Notes: generated by a model not told the origin, from the letters alone. A stretch of DNA of 64,000 nt from an uncultured Alphaproteobacteria bacterium (GCA_963846785.1 CAWJXD010000014.1:16600-80599), one strand, 5' to 3'; shown: positions 1 through 10,735, counted from the stretch's first letter. Made by a program: numbers and translations.

Positions 1-997
1 GGCGAAACAGGCTTTTGCACCGATGGACGCGATCCGCGAAGGCAACCACCTGGCGCGGTCTTTGGTCAATGAGCCATCAAACGTCCTATTCCCCGAGGAA
101 TTCGCCAAACGCGCCAAGGCACTCTCCAAAGCCGGAGTGAAAGTCGAAATCCTCACGCCACGTGAATTGAAACGTCTTGGCATGCACGCCTTGCTCGGCG
201 TGGCTCAAGGCTCACCATTCGAGGCCCGGGTCGTCGTCATGCGCTGGACTGGCGGCAAACGAAACGAGGCTCCAGTTGCCTTTGTGGGCAAAGGTGTGAC
301 CTTCGATACGGGCGGTATTTCGATCAAGCCTGCGGCAAGCATGGAAGACATGAAAGGTGATATGGCAGGTGCCGCCTGTGTCACGGGCCTGATGCTGGCC
401 CTTGCCAAGCGCAAGGCAAAAGTGAATGTCATTGGAGTCATTGGCCTGGTTGAAAACGCAGTTGACGGCAAAGCCCAGCGGCCCGGCGACGTGGTGAAGT
501 CCATGTCGGGCCAGACCATCGCCGTCCTCAATACCGATGCTGAAGGCCGCCTCGTTCTGGCCGACGTGCTGTGGTATGTTCAGAAGCGGTTCAAGCCGAA
601 ATTCATGGTCAACTTGGCAACGCTCACAGGTGCAATTCTGGTGGCACTCGGCAAGGAACACGCAGGATTGTTCTCCAACAACGATCAACTGGCTGAGCGG
701 CTCGCATCGTCGGGACTTGCCACGGGTGAAAAAGTATGGCGTCTGCCGTTGACCCCGGAATACGACAAGCTCATCGACCATGATGTTGCCGACATGAAAA
801 ACATTGGTGGCCGACTGGCCGGTTCCATTACCGCCGCGCAGTTCCTGCAGCGCTTCGTCAACAACGTGCCTTGGGCCCATCTCGATGTCGCTGGTACGGC
901 CATGGATTCAGTCAAGACGCCCATCAACCAGAGTTGGGCATCGGGATGGGGTGTGCGCCTGCTCAATCATCTCGTCGCTACTCATTACGAAAAATAA
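1..997 (+). CDS. pepA: Leucyl aminopeptidase (M17), 5'-truncated by window edge
   Basis: M17 metal-binding motifs [18 protein letters not shown] and NTDAEGRL; frame is open from the window start. Confidence 0.96.
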   Translation, partial: AKQAFAPMDAIREGNHLARSLVNEPSNVLFPEEFAKRAKALSKAGVKVEILTPRELKRLGMHALLGVAQGSPFEARVVVMRWTGGKRNEAPVAFVGKGVTFDTGGISIKPAASMEDMKGDMAGAACVTGLMLALAKRKAKVNVIGVIGLVENAVDGKAQRPGDVVKSMSGQTIAVLNTDAEGRLVLADVLWYVQKRFKPKFMVNLATLTGAILVALGKEHAGLFSNNDQLAERLASSGLATGEKVWRLPLTPEYDKLIDHDVADMKNIGGRLAGSITAAQFLQRFVNNVPWAHLDVAGTAMDSVKTPINQSWASGWGVRLLNHLVATHYEK

Positions 998-1461
998 TGA
1001 CCGACATTTGGTTCTACCATCTCGAGCGCCAGCCGCTTGAAACTGTCTTGCCGCGCATTCTTGCGGCCATGTGTGCACGTGGCGACCGCATCAGTGTGCA
1101 TGCCACCACCAAGGCCGTGCTCGACGACGTATCGAAAAAGCTTTGGGCCATGGAAGACGTGGCATTCATTTCACACAGCTTTGCCACCGATCCCTATGCT
1201 GAGCGGCAGAATCTGCTCCTGTGCCTGGATCAGCAATCACCGAACCAGTCCAAACAAAAAATCTTCATCGACGATGCAGTGCCCGAACATACGGGTGGAG
1301 CAGAACGCGTGAGTATATTTTTCGACGGCACAAGTGAAACGGCAATCACGTCAGCCCGCGACCTGTGGAAACGGTTTCGCGCCGAAGGCCACGGCATAAA
1401 ATATTGGAAGCAATCCGACGTTGGCCGCTGGGAAGATCAGGCAGTCAGCAAAGCGGCCTAG
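997..1461 (+). CDS. holC: DNA polymerase III chi subunit
   Basis: [16 protein letters not shown]-terminus and YWKQSDVGRWE C-terminus; ATG overlaps the pepA stop (TAATG); pepA-holC synteny is conserved. Confidence 0.9.
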   Translation: MTDIWFYHLERQPLETVLPRILAAMCARGDRISVHATTKAVLDDVSKKLWAMEDVAFISHSFATDPYAERQNLLLCLDQQSPNQSKQKIFIDDAVPEHTGGAERVSIFFDGTSETAITSARDLWKRFRAEGHGIKYWKQSDVGRWEDQAVSKAA

Positions 1462-2768
1462 AAGCGTCCAGCGTTGATCAACAAATGCGCGCCAATGGCC
1501 GCGGCATAACCAAGAGCCACGGCCCAAGTCCACTTGAGGTGACTTGTGAAAGTGTATTTGCCTTGAGCTATTCCCAAGAGAGCAACGCCCGCAGCAGAAC
1601 CGATGGACAACAAGCTGCCACCAACTCCTGCCGTCAACGTAACCAGCAGCCACTGCCCATCAGACATCTGCGGATCCATGGTCAGCACCGCGAACATGAG
1701 TGGAATATTGTCAACAATGGCGGACAACACACCAATGATGATGTTTGCGGCCGTAGCCCCCCATTGGCCATAGAGAAACCCGTTCACCTGGTCGAGGTAA
1801 CCCAATACGCCAAGGCCGCCGACTGCGAAAATAATGCCGAAGAAAAACAACAGCGTGTCCCACTCGATGCGCGACATTTCCTGAAAGGAATTGAGGACCA
1901 TGTCGGTGTTGGCGGCGCGTTTTCCGCGTTGTTGCAGGAAGTAGGACCAGATCTGCAAGTATCCCAAGCCCAGCATCATGCCGAGTGCAGGCTGCAGTCC
2001 AAGATTGTTCTTGAACAACACGGCAGTAAAAATGGTGAGGGAAAACAACACGATGACACCGATTGCGCCGGGCTTGAGACGAACCTTTTCGTCTAATGGC
2101 GCTGGTTTCCCGGCAGGAACAGCGAAATGCATGATCATTGCGGGTACAAGCCAGTTGATCACCGACGGCACAAACAATGCAAAGAACTCAAAGAACTCGA
2201 GTTTGCCTTTCTGCCACACCATCAGCGTTGTGATATCGCCGAAAGGTGAAAACGCACCGCCAGCATTTGCCGCCACAACAATGCTGACACAGGACACGGT
2301 GACAAAGGCGAGACTGTCCCGGCCCAAGGCGAGCACAACCGCCCCCATGATCAACGCCGTCGTCAGGTTATCAAGCACGCCTGAAAGAAAGAACGCACTG
2401 ACGCCAGTTAACCAGAACAAATGCCGATAGGATAAACCACGCGCTGTCAGTCTGGCCCGTAGCACTTCAAACACACGTCGCTCTTCGAGTGTATTTACGT
2501 AAGTGATCGCGACCAACAAGAACAACAGCAACTCACCATATTCGTAGATCGTATGTTCAGCCGCGAGTTTGGCTGTTTCCGATTGACCCGCATCAGAATA
2601 CGCAATTCCGATCAATGCCCATATCAGCCCTGCGGCCAACAGCACGGGTTTTGATTTGCGCATCTGCGTCGTCTCTTCAAAGATCACAAACCCATAGGCC
2701 ACAAAAAATATGGCAAGTGCCAAGTAGCCATACCAACTCTGTGTGAGATGAAGCGAGGCTTCAGGCAT
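1458..2768 (-). CDS. nhaD: Na+/H+ antiporter, NhaD (IT superfamily)
   Basis: Highly hydrophobic; KSKPVLLAAGLIW, LDNLTTAL, ANAGGAFSPFGDITT and VDNIP motifs; start placed at MPEASL. Confidence 0.88.
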   Translation of the reverse strand: MPEASLHLTQSWYGYLALAIFFVAYGFVIFEETTQMRKSKPVLLAAGLIWALIGIAYSDAGQSETAKLAAEHTIYEYGELLLFLLVAITYVNTLEERRVFEVLRARLTARGLSYRHLFWLTGVSAFFLSGVLDNLTTALIMGAVVLALGRDSLAFVTVSCVSIVVAANAGGAFSPFGDITTLMVWQKGKLEFFEFFALFVPSVINWLVPAMIMHFAVPAGKPAPLDEKVRLKPGAIGVIVLFSLTIFTAVLFKNNLGLQPALGMMLGLGYLQIWSYFLQQRGKRAANTDMVLNSFQEMSRIEWDTLLFFFGIIFAVGGLGVLGYLDQVNGFLYGQWGATAANIIIGVLSAIVDNIPLMFAVLTMDPQMSDGQWLLVTLTAGVGGSLLSIGSAAGVALLGIAQGKYTFTSHLKWTWAVALGYAAAIGAHLLINAGRF

Positions 2769-4608
2769 AAGTGTTCTGGTCCTGCAACTCGAGCCATTGC
2801 GTTTCCAGCGCATCGAGATCGCCCACGAGCTTGCCCCTGAGCCTTGCAAAGTCCGCAGCTTTCTTGGGTTCTTCCGAATATATGGTGTGATCGGCAAGGG
2901 CCTGGTCAAGAAGTGCAATCTTGTCCCTGACGACAATCATCTGCCGATCAAGTTCGTATATTTTTTTCTGAACTTGAGGACCTGACATGCGCGGCTTTGG
3001 AGCTGCTGCCGTTACCGGCTTCTCGACGCGTGAGGGCGACTTCGCACGCCCCAGCACCAGATCTGTGTAATCTTCCATGTCGCCATCGAATGATGTGACC
3101 GTCCCGTCCTTTACCAGCCAAAGGCGGTCAACGCAGGTCTCTATGATGTGGCGATCATGGCTGATGAGTACCACAGCACCTTCGTAATCGTTGATGGCCA
3201 TGATCAAGGCTTCGCGGCTGTCAATGTCGAGATGGTTGGTTGGTTCATCAAGCACCAGAATATGGGGCGCATGAAACGTGGCGAGGAAGAACAACAGACG
3301 GGCCTTTTCGCCGCCCGACAGGATGGAACATTTTGAATCAGAAAGATGCGCACCAAAACCGACAGCGCCAAGTCGCGCGCGCCGTTGCGCCACCGGGCTG
3401 TCCGGCATCAATTCGCTGACGTATTCAAACGGCGTGCGGTCTTCAGCCAGTTCATCGAGTTGATGCTGCGCAAAATACCCAATCGACAAGCGTGATGGGT
3501 GTTTGAATTCGCCCGAAGCCGCCTTGAGCTTGCCACAGAGGAGTTTGGCAAAGGTCGATTTGCCATTGCCGTTGGACCCAAGCAACGCAACGCGGTCATC
3601 CGGATCCATGCGCAGCGTGACATTTCGCAATACCGGCGGGTTATTGCCGTAGCCGATTGAGACCTTTTCCCAACTCACCAGAGGTGGTGCAATTGCTTTT
3701 TCAGGATTGGGAAAAATAAATGGCGCAACCCGCGATTCCACCATGTCTGCGATGGGCTCAAGCTTTGCCAGTGCCTTTAAGCGGCTTTGTGCCTGCCGCG
3801 CCTTGGATGCTTTGAACCGGAAGCGGTCAATATAGGACATCATGTGTGCCCGTTGATCATCCTGCTTCTTCTTCATCTTTTGGTTCAGCGCCTGTTTCTC
3901 ACGGCGCTGGCGTTCAAAGTTATCGTAGTTACCTTGATAAAGCGTGAGCTTGCCTTGATCGAGGTGAAGGATGGCATCAACCGAGTCATTCAAAAGATCG
4001 CGGTCGTGACTGACGAGCAAGATCGTGTGGGGATAATCCCGCAGATAGCTTTTGAGCCAGATTGATCCTTCGAGATCGAGATAATTGGTGGGCTCGTCAA
4101 GAAGCAGAACATCAGGAGCACCAAACAGCGCTGCCGCAAGGGCCACGCGCATCCGCCAACCACCCGACAGCGCAGAGCAGGGGCCATTCTGGATCTCTTC
4201 TGTGAACCCAAGGCCCGCAAGGATCGTCGCAGCCCGCGCTTCCGCCGTATGTGAATTGATATCAGCCAGTCGCATTTGGATATCAGCAATGCGATGGGGA
4301 TCCGTGGCCGTTTCAGCTTCCGCCAGCAGTTCAGCGCGTTCCTTGTCACCAGCGAGAACGGTGGCCAAAAGTGTGTCAGATCCACCCGGTGCTTCCTGGG
4401 CAACGGCACCAATGCGTGCATTGCGTGGCACACTGGCCGTTCCTGCTTCTGTCGACAAATCCCCCATGATCAATTTGAGCAGGGTGGACTTGCCAGTACC
4501 ATTGCGACCGACAAGTCCGACCTTGTGGCCATCAGGCAATGCGGCTGAAGCCTCATCAAGAAGCAAGCGGGCACCAATGCGGTAAGTGAGGTTATTGATT
4601 TGAAGCAT
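2761..4608 (-). CDS. ABC-F family ATPase (YheS-like translation factor)
   Basis: Two ABC domains (GRNGTGKST/LSGGWRMR/LDEPTN and GSNGNGKST/LSGGEK/LDEPTNHLD), no TM segments, C-terminal coiled coil. Confidence 0.93.
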   Translation of the reverse strand: MLQINNLTYRIGARLLLDEASAALPDGHKVGLVGRNGTGKSTLLKLIMGDLSTEAGTASVPRNARIGAVAQEAPGGSDTLLATVLAGDKERAELLAEAETATDPHRIADIQMRLADINSHTAEARAATILAGLGFTEEIQNGPCSALSGGWRMRVALAAALFGAPDVLLLDEPTNYLDLEGSIWLKSYLRDYPHTILLVSHDRDLLNDSVDAILHLDQGKLTLYQGNYDNFERQRREKQALNQKMKKKQDDQRAHMMSYIDRFRFKASKARQAQSRLKALAKLEPIADMVESRVAPFIFPNPEKAIAPPLVSWEKVSIGYGNNPPVLRNVTLRMDPDDRVALLGSNGNGKSTFAKLLCGKLKAASGEFKHPSRLSIGYFAQHQLDELAEDRTPFEYVSELMPDSPVAQRRARLGAVGFGAHLSDSKCSILSGGEKARLLFFLATFHAPHILVLDEPTNHLDIDSREALIMAINDYEGAVVLISHDRHIIETCVDRLWLVKDGTVTSFDGDMEDYTDLVLGRAKSPSRVEKPVTAAAPKPRMSGPQVQKKIYELDRQMIVVRDKIALLDQALADHTIYSEEPKKAADFARLRGKLVGDLDALETQWLELQDQNTYA

Positions 4609-4691
4609 GGGCGCACATACCCGGAACCCGTCCAAACCGCAATTCCGCTCTGCCAAACCGCTTTGAACTAAACCATTGACTCGGTTCATGT

Positions 4692-4703
4692 TGCAATGCA
4701 CAA
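4692..4703. promoter_or_regulatory. Candidate PhaR/AniA-type operator upstream of ppc
   Basis: TGCAATGCACAA, just downstream of TTGACT (4676-4681); matches the TGCRNYGCASMA consensus as I recall it. Confidence 0.4.
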
Positions 4704-4735
4704 CGAATGACGTGCGCACATCAGAAGAGACGAAC

Positions 4736-7444
4736 GTGACTCAATCCAGCGGCATTATGCCTGAAGATACGACCTATATTGACGAAATTACCGCCATGTT
4801 GCGCGATCTACTGCGCCAGGTCATCCGCCACCGCGAACCCGACGTGCTGCCCATTCTCGACACACCAGAATCAGCAGCAGACATTCCTGAACACCTGATT
4901 GAACACGCGTTGCAGGCCATCGGTATTTGGCTGCAATTGATGCACATAGCCGAAGAAAATTCATCGATCCGCAACCGCCGCAATATGGAAAAGCAAAGCG
5001 GACCTGATGAGGTCATCGGCTCTTTTTCCAATGCGTTTTCGCAAGTCGCGGCGGCCAATGTCTCGCCGGCAACAGTGGCGCGCGTGCTGGCCCACACCGA
5101 TGTTGGTCCAACGATTACAGCGCACCCGACCGAAGCCAAGCGGGTCACTGTTCTGGAAATCCATCGCCGTATCTATCTCAAACTTTTTGAACTGGAGAGT
5201 CCGCGTTGGACACCGCGTGAACGGGCGGCTTTGTTGGCATCATTGAAGAATGAAATCGATTTGCTTTGGCTCACCGGTGAAATCCGCATCGAAAAACCGA
5301 CAGTCGAAAGCGAAATCGCTTGGGGTCTGCATTTCTTTCGCGAGACACTGTTTGATCGCACGGCAGCCCTGTGTGACTCGTTGCAGGCCGCCCTGATCCG
5401 TCACTATCCCGAGCTTCCCCTAGGCGTGAAACCCCCATTGCGATATTCAAGCTGGATTGGTGGCGACCGCGACGGCAATCCGTTTGTGACTGTCAACACC
5501 ACGCGGTTTGCGATTCTCGAAAACCGCAAAGCCGCCATTGATCGTCTCGACATGCGCTTGGGCGAACTCTCGCAGTTGATTTCAATCAGTGCCTATGAAG
5601 CGCCGTTCACCGACGAGTTCAATGGTGTGTTGGATGCGCAACTTGCGGCCTCTGGTGACAAGCTTGCGATCATCGCGCGCAATCCCACAGAGCCGTTCCG
5701 CCAGTTTTTCAGTGCGTTGCGAAAGCGCCTCGCAGTAACTGCAGGTGCAAACGCTGCTGCCAAGCCGTTTCGCAATGTCGACGAATTGACGAGTTTGCTG
5801 TCGGCTGCGGAAAAAGCATTGCAGGACATCAATGCGCAAGGTTTGGCGGCGGGATTGATCAGACCGGTGACCTGGGAAGTCGAAATCTTTGGCTTCCGCA
5901 CGGCGAGCTTGGACATTCGCCAGAACACAACCGTTGTAAATCGCGTGCTTGCCGAAATTTGGCACAAGTTGAATCCGGTTTCAGAAACCCCGGCACCTGC
6001 TATCGGGTCGCCTGATTGGACACAATGGATTGCAAGTGAACTAGCCAAGCCGCTGGGATTTTTGCCGCATTTCACCAATGTCAGCGAAGAAGCCCGCGAC
6101 CTTTTGGACCTCCTGATTTTGATCCGCGAGACCTTGGGTGGACCCGATGCAAAATCAATCGGGACATTTATCTTGTCGATGACGCAAGGTGCCGACGATG
6201 TTCTCGCCCTCTACCTTCTAGCGAAGTACTGTGGGCTTTTCATTGATCCCACAGCCCGCGAAGTCTGCGGACTGCGCATTGTACCGCTGTTTGAAACCAT
6301 CGAGGATTTGCGCGCCGGCCCCGGTATCATGACTGACCTATTGAAAGTGCCGCTGGTTCGCAATTCGGTGGCCCACAATGGTGGCACGCAGGAAATCATG
6401 TTGGGCTATTCTGACTCCAACAAGGACGGTGGATTCTTCGCCGCAAGCTTTGAACTGTTCGAAGCCCAGCGACGGCTGATCAAGGTGGCAAAAGAACAAG
6501 GCGTAGAGCTCAGCTTTTTCCATGGTCGAGGAGGTTCCGTATCACGCGGCGGTGCGCCCACCGGTCGTGCCATTGGCGCCCAACCAGCGGGCAGCATCAA
6601 CGGACGCATGCGTGTGACCGAGCAGGGCGAAGTCGTATCATTGAAATTCGCCAATCGCGGCACGGCTCAGAATAATCTCGAAGTGTTGACTGCAAGTGTT
6701 TTGCTGCACAGTCTGAAATCTGCCGAAGAACCAGCTTTGCGCGTCAATCCGGAACATCAAAAGTCCGTTGAGGAAATTGCGCGCTTGTCTTTCAAGGCCT
6801 ATCGTAAACTGGCGGAAGACCCAGCTCTCTTGAACTATTTCCAGGCTGCAAGTCCCGTTGAAGAATTGGCACTGCTGAAAATTGGTTCGCGGCCATCCCG
6901 CCGCTTCGGCGCAAAAGGCATTTCCGATTTGCGCGCAATTCCCTGGGTGTTCGCCTGGAGCCAAAACCGCCACCTCCTGACCGGTTGGTATGGCTTGGGC
7001 TATGCCTTGGATGATTACCTGTCGGCCCGTGGCGGCGATGGCATGAAACTCTTGCGCGACATGTTTGCCAAGTCACGCGGTTTCAGGCTGGCCGTGGATG
7101 AAGTCGAAAAATCATTGTTCCTCGCCGACATGTCCGTTGCTGAGCGATATGCCGAATTGGTGCCGAACCGAATAGAGGCTGAACGCCTGTTCGCATTGAT
7201 CCGCCACGAACATCGCCGCACCTCGAAAGTCATCCTCGATCTGACAGGTGAACAAGTTCTGTGCGAACGCTTTCAGGGCTTCCGCCGCCGATTTGACCGG
7301 ACCCGCGCCATGGTGGATCAAGCCAATATATGGCAAGTGGAACTCCTCAAGAAAACCCGCAGTGAAAAAGCCAACGACGCACTCAACATGCCATTGTTGA
7401 TGACAATGAACTGCGTGGCTGGTGGATTGGGTTGGACAGGATAA
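4736..7444 (+). CDS. ppc: Phosphoenolpyruvate carboxylase
   Basis: TAHPTE, SWIGGDRDGNP, QEIMLGYSDSNKDGG, FHGRGGSVSRGG and LRAIPWVFAWSQNR motifs; exact start uncertain (GTG 4736 or ATG 4757). Confidence 0.96.
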   Translation: MTQSSGIMPEDTTYIDEITAMLRDLLRQVIRHREPDVLPILDTPESAADIPEHLIEHALQAIGIWLQLMHIAEENSSIRNRRNMEKQSGPDEVIGSFSNAFSQVAAANVSPATVARVLAHTDVGPTITAHPTEAKRVTVLEIHRRIYLKLFELESPRWTPRERAALLASLKNEIDLLWLTGEIRIEKPTVESEIAWGLHFFRETLFDRTAALCDSLQAALIRHYPELPLGVKPPLRYSSWIGGDRDGNPFVTVNTTRFAILENRKAAIDRLDMRLGELSQLISISAYEAPFTDEFNGVLDAQLAASGDKLAIIARNPTEPFRQFFSALRKRLAVTAGANAAAKPFRNVDELTSLLSAAEKALQDINAQGLAAGLIRPVTWEVEIFGFRTASLDIRQNTTVVNRVLAEIWHKLNPVSETPAPAIGSPDWTQWIASELAKPLGFLPHFTNVSEEARDLLDLLILIRETLGGPDAKSIGTFILSMTQGADDVLALYLLAKYCGLFIDPTAREVCGLRIVPLFETIEDLRAGPGIMTDLLKVPLVRNSVAHNGGTQEIMLGYSDSNKDGGFFAASFELFEAQRRLIKVAKEQGVELSFFHGRGGSVSRGGAPTGRAIGAQPAGSINGRMRVTEQGEVVSLKFANRGTAQNNLEVLTASVLLHSLKSAEEPALRVNPEHQKSVEEIARLSFKAYRKLAEDPALLNYFQAASPVEELALLKIGSRPSRRFGAKGISDLRAIPWVFAWSQNRHLLTGWYGLGYALDDYLSARGGDGMKLLRDMFAKSRGFRLAVDEVEKSLFLADMSVAERYAELVPNRIEAERLFALIRHEHRRTSKVILDLTGEQVLCERFQGFRRRFDRTRAMVDQANIWQVELLKKTRSEKANDALNMPLLMTMNCVAGGLGWTG

Positions 7445-8353
7445 TCAGTCATCAGGTCCAAGATGCCGCCGCCCGGATTTCTGCGCCAGGACAAACTGCT
7501 TCTGCCGCTCGCGGTTGGATGACTTCTGGGCATCCGTCAGCACGTCCGCGCATTTGGCGCAGCAAACCCCATCTTCAAACTGCGGAAGCGCGCGTTCAGA
7601 GGATGTAACAGGCATCAAACAGCCATGGCAGATGCTGTGATCAGAAACCTCCAGGCCGTGTCCAACTGCAACCCGTTCGTCAAAAACAAAACAACTGCCT
7701 TGCCACAAACTGTCCTGTTCCGGAATGACTTCGAGGTACTTCAGAATTCCGCCCTTGAGATGAAAAACATTCTCAAAGCCCTCATGCTTCATGAAACTTG
7801 ACGCTTTTTCGCACCGAATGCCACCCGTGCAGAACATGGCGACCTTTGTTGTCTTGTCGATCTTGAGTGTGTCCCGCACAAATCCGGGAAACTCACCAAA
7901 ACGCTCCGTATGCGGATTAATGGCATTCCTGAATGTCCCGACACCAACTTCATAGTCGTTTCGGGTGTCAATCAGGACAACCTCCGGATCGCTGATCAGC
8001 GCGTTCCAATCTGTCGGATCCACATATGTACCCACCATCTCGTTCGGATTGGCAGCAACATCCCCAATCGTCACGATCTCTTTCTTCAATCGCACCTTCA
8101 TGCGCTTGAAGGGCATGGCCTCGGCGAACGACAATTTGTGATCAAGTTGTTCAAGCCCGGAAATGCGCCGGATGACGCCAAGAGCCCTCGTGAGGTCCTC
8201 CGGCCTTGCCGAAATGGTGCCATTAATGCCCTCTTCAGCAAGCAAAATTGACCCTTTGACATGCAGCTCCTTCATCTGCCGGAGCAGGGGCTCCTGCAGT
8301 TCGCGAAACTGTGTGAGGGGCGCAAACTGATAAAAGGCAGCGACGTGATACAA
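7445..8353 (-). CDS. trhO: Rhodanese-domain tRNA hydroxylation protein (TrhO/YceA)
   Basis: LAEEGINGTI, RLKKEIVT, DTRNDYE, MFCTGGIRCEKAS and FHLKGGILKYLE motifs; TTG start inferred. Confidence 0.9.
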   Translation of the reverse strand: MYHVAAFYQFAPLTQFRELQEPLLRQMKELHVKGSILLAEEGINGTISARPEDLTRALGVIRRISGLEQLDHKLSFAEAMPFKRMKVRLKKEIVTIGDVAANPNEMVGTYVDPTDWNALISDPEVVLIDTRNDYEVGVGTFRNAINPHTERFGEFPGFVRDTLKIDKTTKVAMFCTGGIRCEKASSFMKHEGFENVFHLKGGILKYLEVIPEQDSLWQGSCFVFDERVAVGHGLEVSDHSICHGCLMPVTSSERALPQFEDGVCCAKCADVLTDAQKSSNRERQKQFVLAQKSGRRHLGPDD

Positions 8354-8539
8354 GGCAAAACTCCAGGCCGTTCCATGCAACAACTCGAAATCTTGTTCAA
8401 CGTCAAACAGATGAACCCGTCATTCATGCCTTGTTCAGTCTTGAGGCTTTAACTCCCATTTTACCCATAGTTCTGCCGCAACTGTGCATTATATGGACAA
8501 CATCTGCGTCGGAAACAGGTCCGGCGCCGGGAGGCTCGA

Positions 8540-10244
8540 ATGAAGAAATTACTACTTGCTGTAAGCGTTGTTGCATTAATGGCGAGTTTTGGCCCGTCGC
8601 AGGTTCTGGCCCAGAACTCCAAGGATCTCAAACCGGCGATCGTTTATCCCGAAGAAATCCGCATTCTGTTGGCCGACGACCGCCCTCCGCAAGCCCTTTC
8701 GGTGGAAGAATTGATGGTGCGTCGCAAGACGGCGCGCCTGGCTTCAAATAACAAATCCTTTCCAGACAAGCTGCGCAAGCGTCTGAAAGCGATTGCTGTT
8801 GCTTCTCGCCTCGAACTTGAAGCCCGTGGCGCAATCGCCGTTGTCCAAAATCAAGACCAGAATGAAGAAGGCGATTCACCCCCACCAGCAAGACGTCAAC
8901 AGACGGCCGAAAACGATACAGCAGGCCAGGGCGAGGACGCCCCGCCTCCACCCCGCAAGCGTCAAAACCAGCAAGTTGACGAACAAGCCCAAGCTGAAGT
9001 TGACTGACGAACCAGCACCTCAAACCCGCCAAAAGCAGGTTGTTGAAGCTCCCGCTGTCGTGGAAGAAACGGACGAACCTGCTCCCAAAGCCCGTCGCCA
9101 GGTGCAAGTTGAACCCGAGCCCGCACCTGACGTCATCGAAGTGCCGCAACAACGTCGCCAGCAAACCGTGGTTGTTGAAGAAGGTCGTGGATCGGTTGAT
9201 CCGCGCGCAGAACGCGAAGCCCGCCGCCTCCTGAACAATGGTGGCGATATTGAACGCATGAGTGGCGATGAACTGCGCGGTCGACTTGAACAAATGCGCG
9301 GTCTCCTCGCCGATGGAAATCTCGAACCTCGCACGGCTCGTGAACTGCGCCGCCGCGTATTGGCAGAGCGCGATATCTTGCGCCAGAGCGTTGCTGTGGA
9401 AGATGCCCGCCAGGATGGTGAACTCGCACCACCACCGCGTCAGGCCAATGCCAACAATGAAATTCGCATCATCCTGGGCGATCGGCGCACGGGCGATGTC
9501 TTGTCCTTGGACGAGTTGAACCGGCGCATCCAGATCTATCGCGATATCGAGCAGGATCCTGTCTATGGTCAATACGCAACCGATGATCGCCTGCGCTGGC
9601 GTCGCTCGTTGCAGAGTGATCGTGATATCCTGCGTCGTCGCCTGTTGCAGGAACGCGCCGAACGGTCAAACGAACTCACAGTCGATTTGAGCCGCGGCAA
9701 AATCGATGTCGAAATTGGCATCAACGTTCCGCCGGTCAAGCGCCGAGATGTTTTTGTCGCTGAAGCAAATGACGAAGAGATTGAGGACATTCTCGTGTCT
9801 GCGCCAACGTCACGACCGAAGCGCAGGTATACCATCGAGGAGATCGTTGACGAACCGGAGGTTCGCAATACCTTGCCGCGTCTCGAAATCGATAATGTGC
9901 GCTTTGGTTTCAACGAAGCCTTTGTCCGAGAGGAAGAAGTGCGGGGCCTCGATCGCATCGCCGCGATCATGGAACGCATCTTGAAGCGCTACCCGCGCGA
10001 GATTTTCATGATTGAAGGTCACACCGACGCGGTGGGCTCGGATGTCTACAATCTGGGTCTGTCCCGGGAACGGGCAGAAGCCATCAAGCGCGCTCTGACA
10101 ACTTACTACGTGATACCACCACAAAACTTGCGGACAGTGGGTCTGGGTGAGCGTTACCTGAAAGTTCCGACACCGGAAGCCGAACCTGAAAATCGCCGCG
10201 TATCCATCAGTCGCGTGACGCAATTTCTGGGTTCAGCGCAATAG
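8540..10244 (+). CDS. OmpA C-terminal domain protein with signal peptide and long repetitive N-terminal region; one +1 frameshift near 9000
   Basis: Signal peptide [16 protein letters not shown] in ORF 8540-9007; OmpA domain ([26 protein letters not shown]) in ORF 8793-10244; removing one base gives a 567-aa protein. Confidence 0.8.
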
Positions 10245-10265
10245 CACCTTCTACTTGCCACTTTC

Positions 10266-10291
10266 ATGGGCCGCTGTTAAAGGCGGCCCAT
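10266..10291. other. Perfect 9-bp inverted repeat between the ompA-like gene and ndk (terminator or operator)
   Basis: ATGGGCCGC-tgttaaag-GCGGCCCAT. Confidence 0.45.
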
Positions 10292-10312
10292 TCCATTTTA
10301 ACGAGGACCAAC

Positions 10313-10735
10313 ATGGCCATTGAACGCACATTTTCTATCATCAAGCCCGACGCAACCAAGCGCAATCTCACCGGCGCCATCAACGCCAAGATCGAAGGTG
10401 CTGGTCTTCGCATTGTCGCGCAGAAGCGCGTGAAGTGGAAATTATCGGACGCCAAGAAGTTCTATGCCGTTCACGCCAAGCGCCCGTTTTTCAAGGACCT
10501 CGTGAAATTCATGGCGTCAGGACCTGTTGTCTTGCAGGTGCTTGAAGGCAATAGTGCAGTGAAAAAGTATCGCGACATCATGGGCGCAACCAACCCAAAG
10601 GACGCCGAAAAAGGGACGATCCGCGCAGAATTTGCGCAATCAATTGATGCCAATTCGGTGCACGGTTCTGACTCCCTTGAGAACGCCAAGAAGGAAATCA
10701 AGATGAACTTCAAGGCCAAAGAAATCGTCGGCTGA
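10313..10735 (+). CDS. ndk: Nucleoside diphosphate kinase
   Basis: [21 protein letters not shown] and NSVHGSDS active-site His motif; AGGA RBS. Confidence 0.97.
   Translation: MAIERTFSIIKPDATKRNLTGAINAKIEGAGLRIVAQKRVKWKLSDAKKFYAVHAKRPFFKDLVKFMASGPVVLQVLEGNSAVKKYRDIMGATNPKDAEKGTIRAEFAQSIDANSVHGSDSLENAKKEIKMNFKAKEIVG

Noticed and set aside
8880-9180. Repetitive-looking DNA considered as a CRISPR or tandem repeat
   Set aside because: Reflects low-complexity Pro/Gln/Glu coding sequence; no fixed-length repeat-spacer pattern
8628-9572. 314-aa minus-strand ORF
   Set aside because: Antisense shadow of the OmpA-like gene; no motifs
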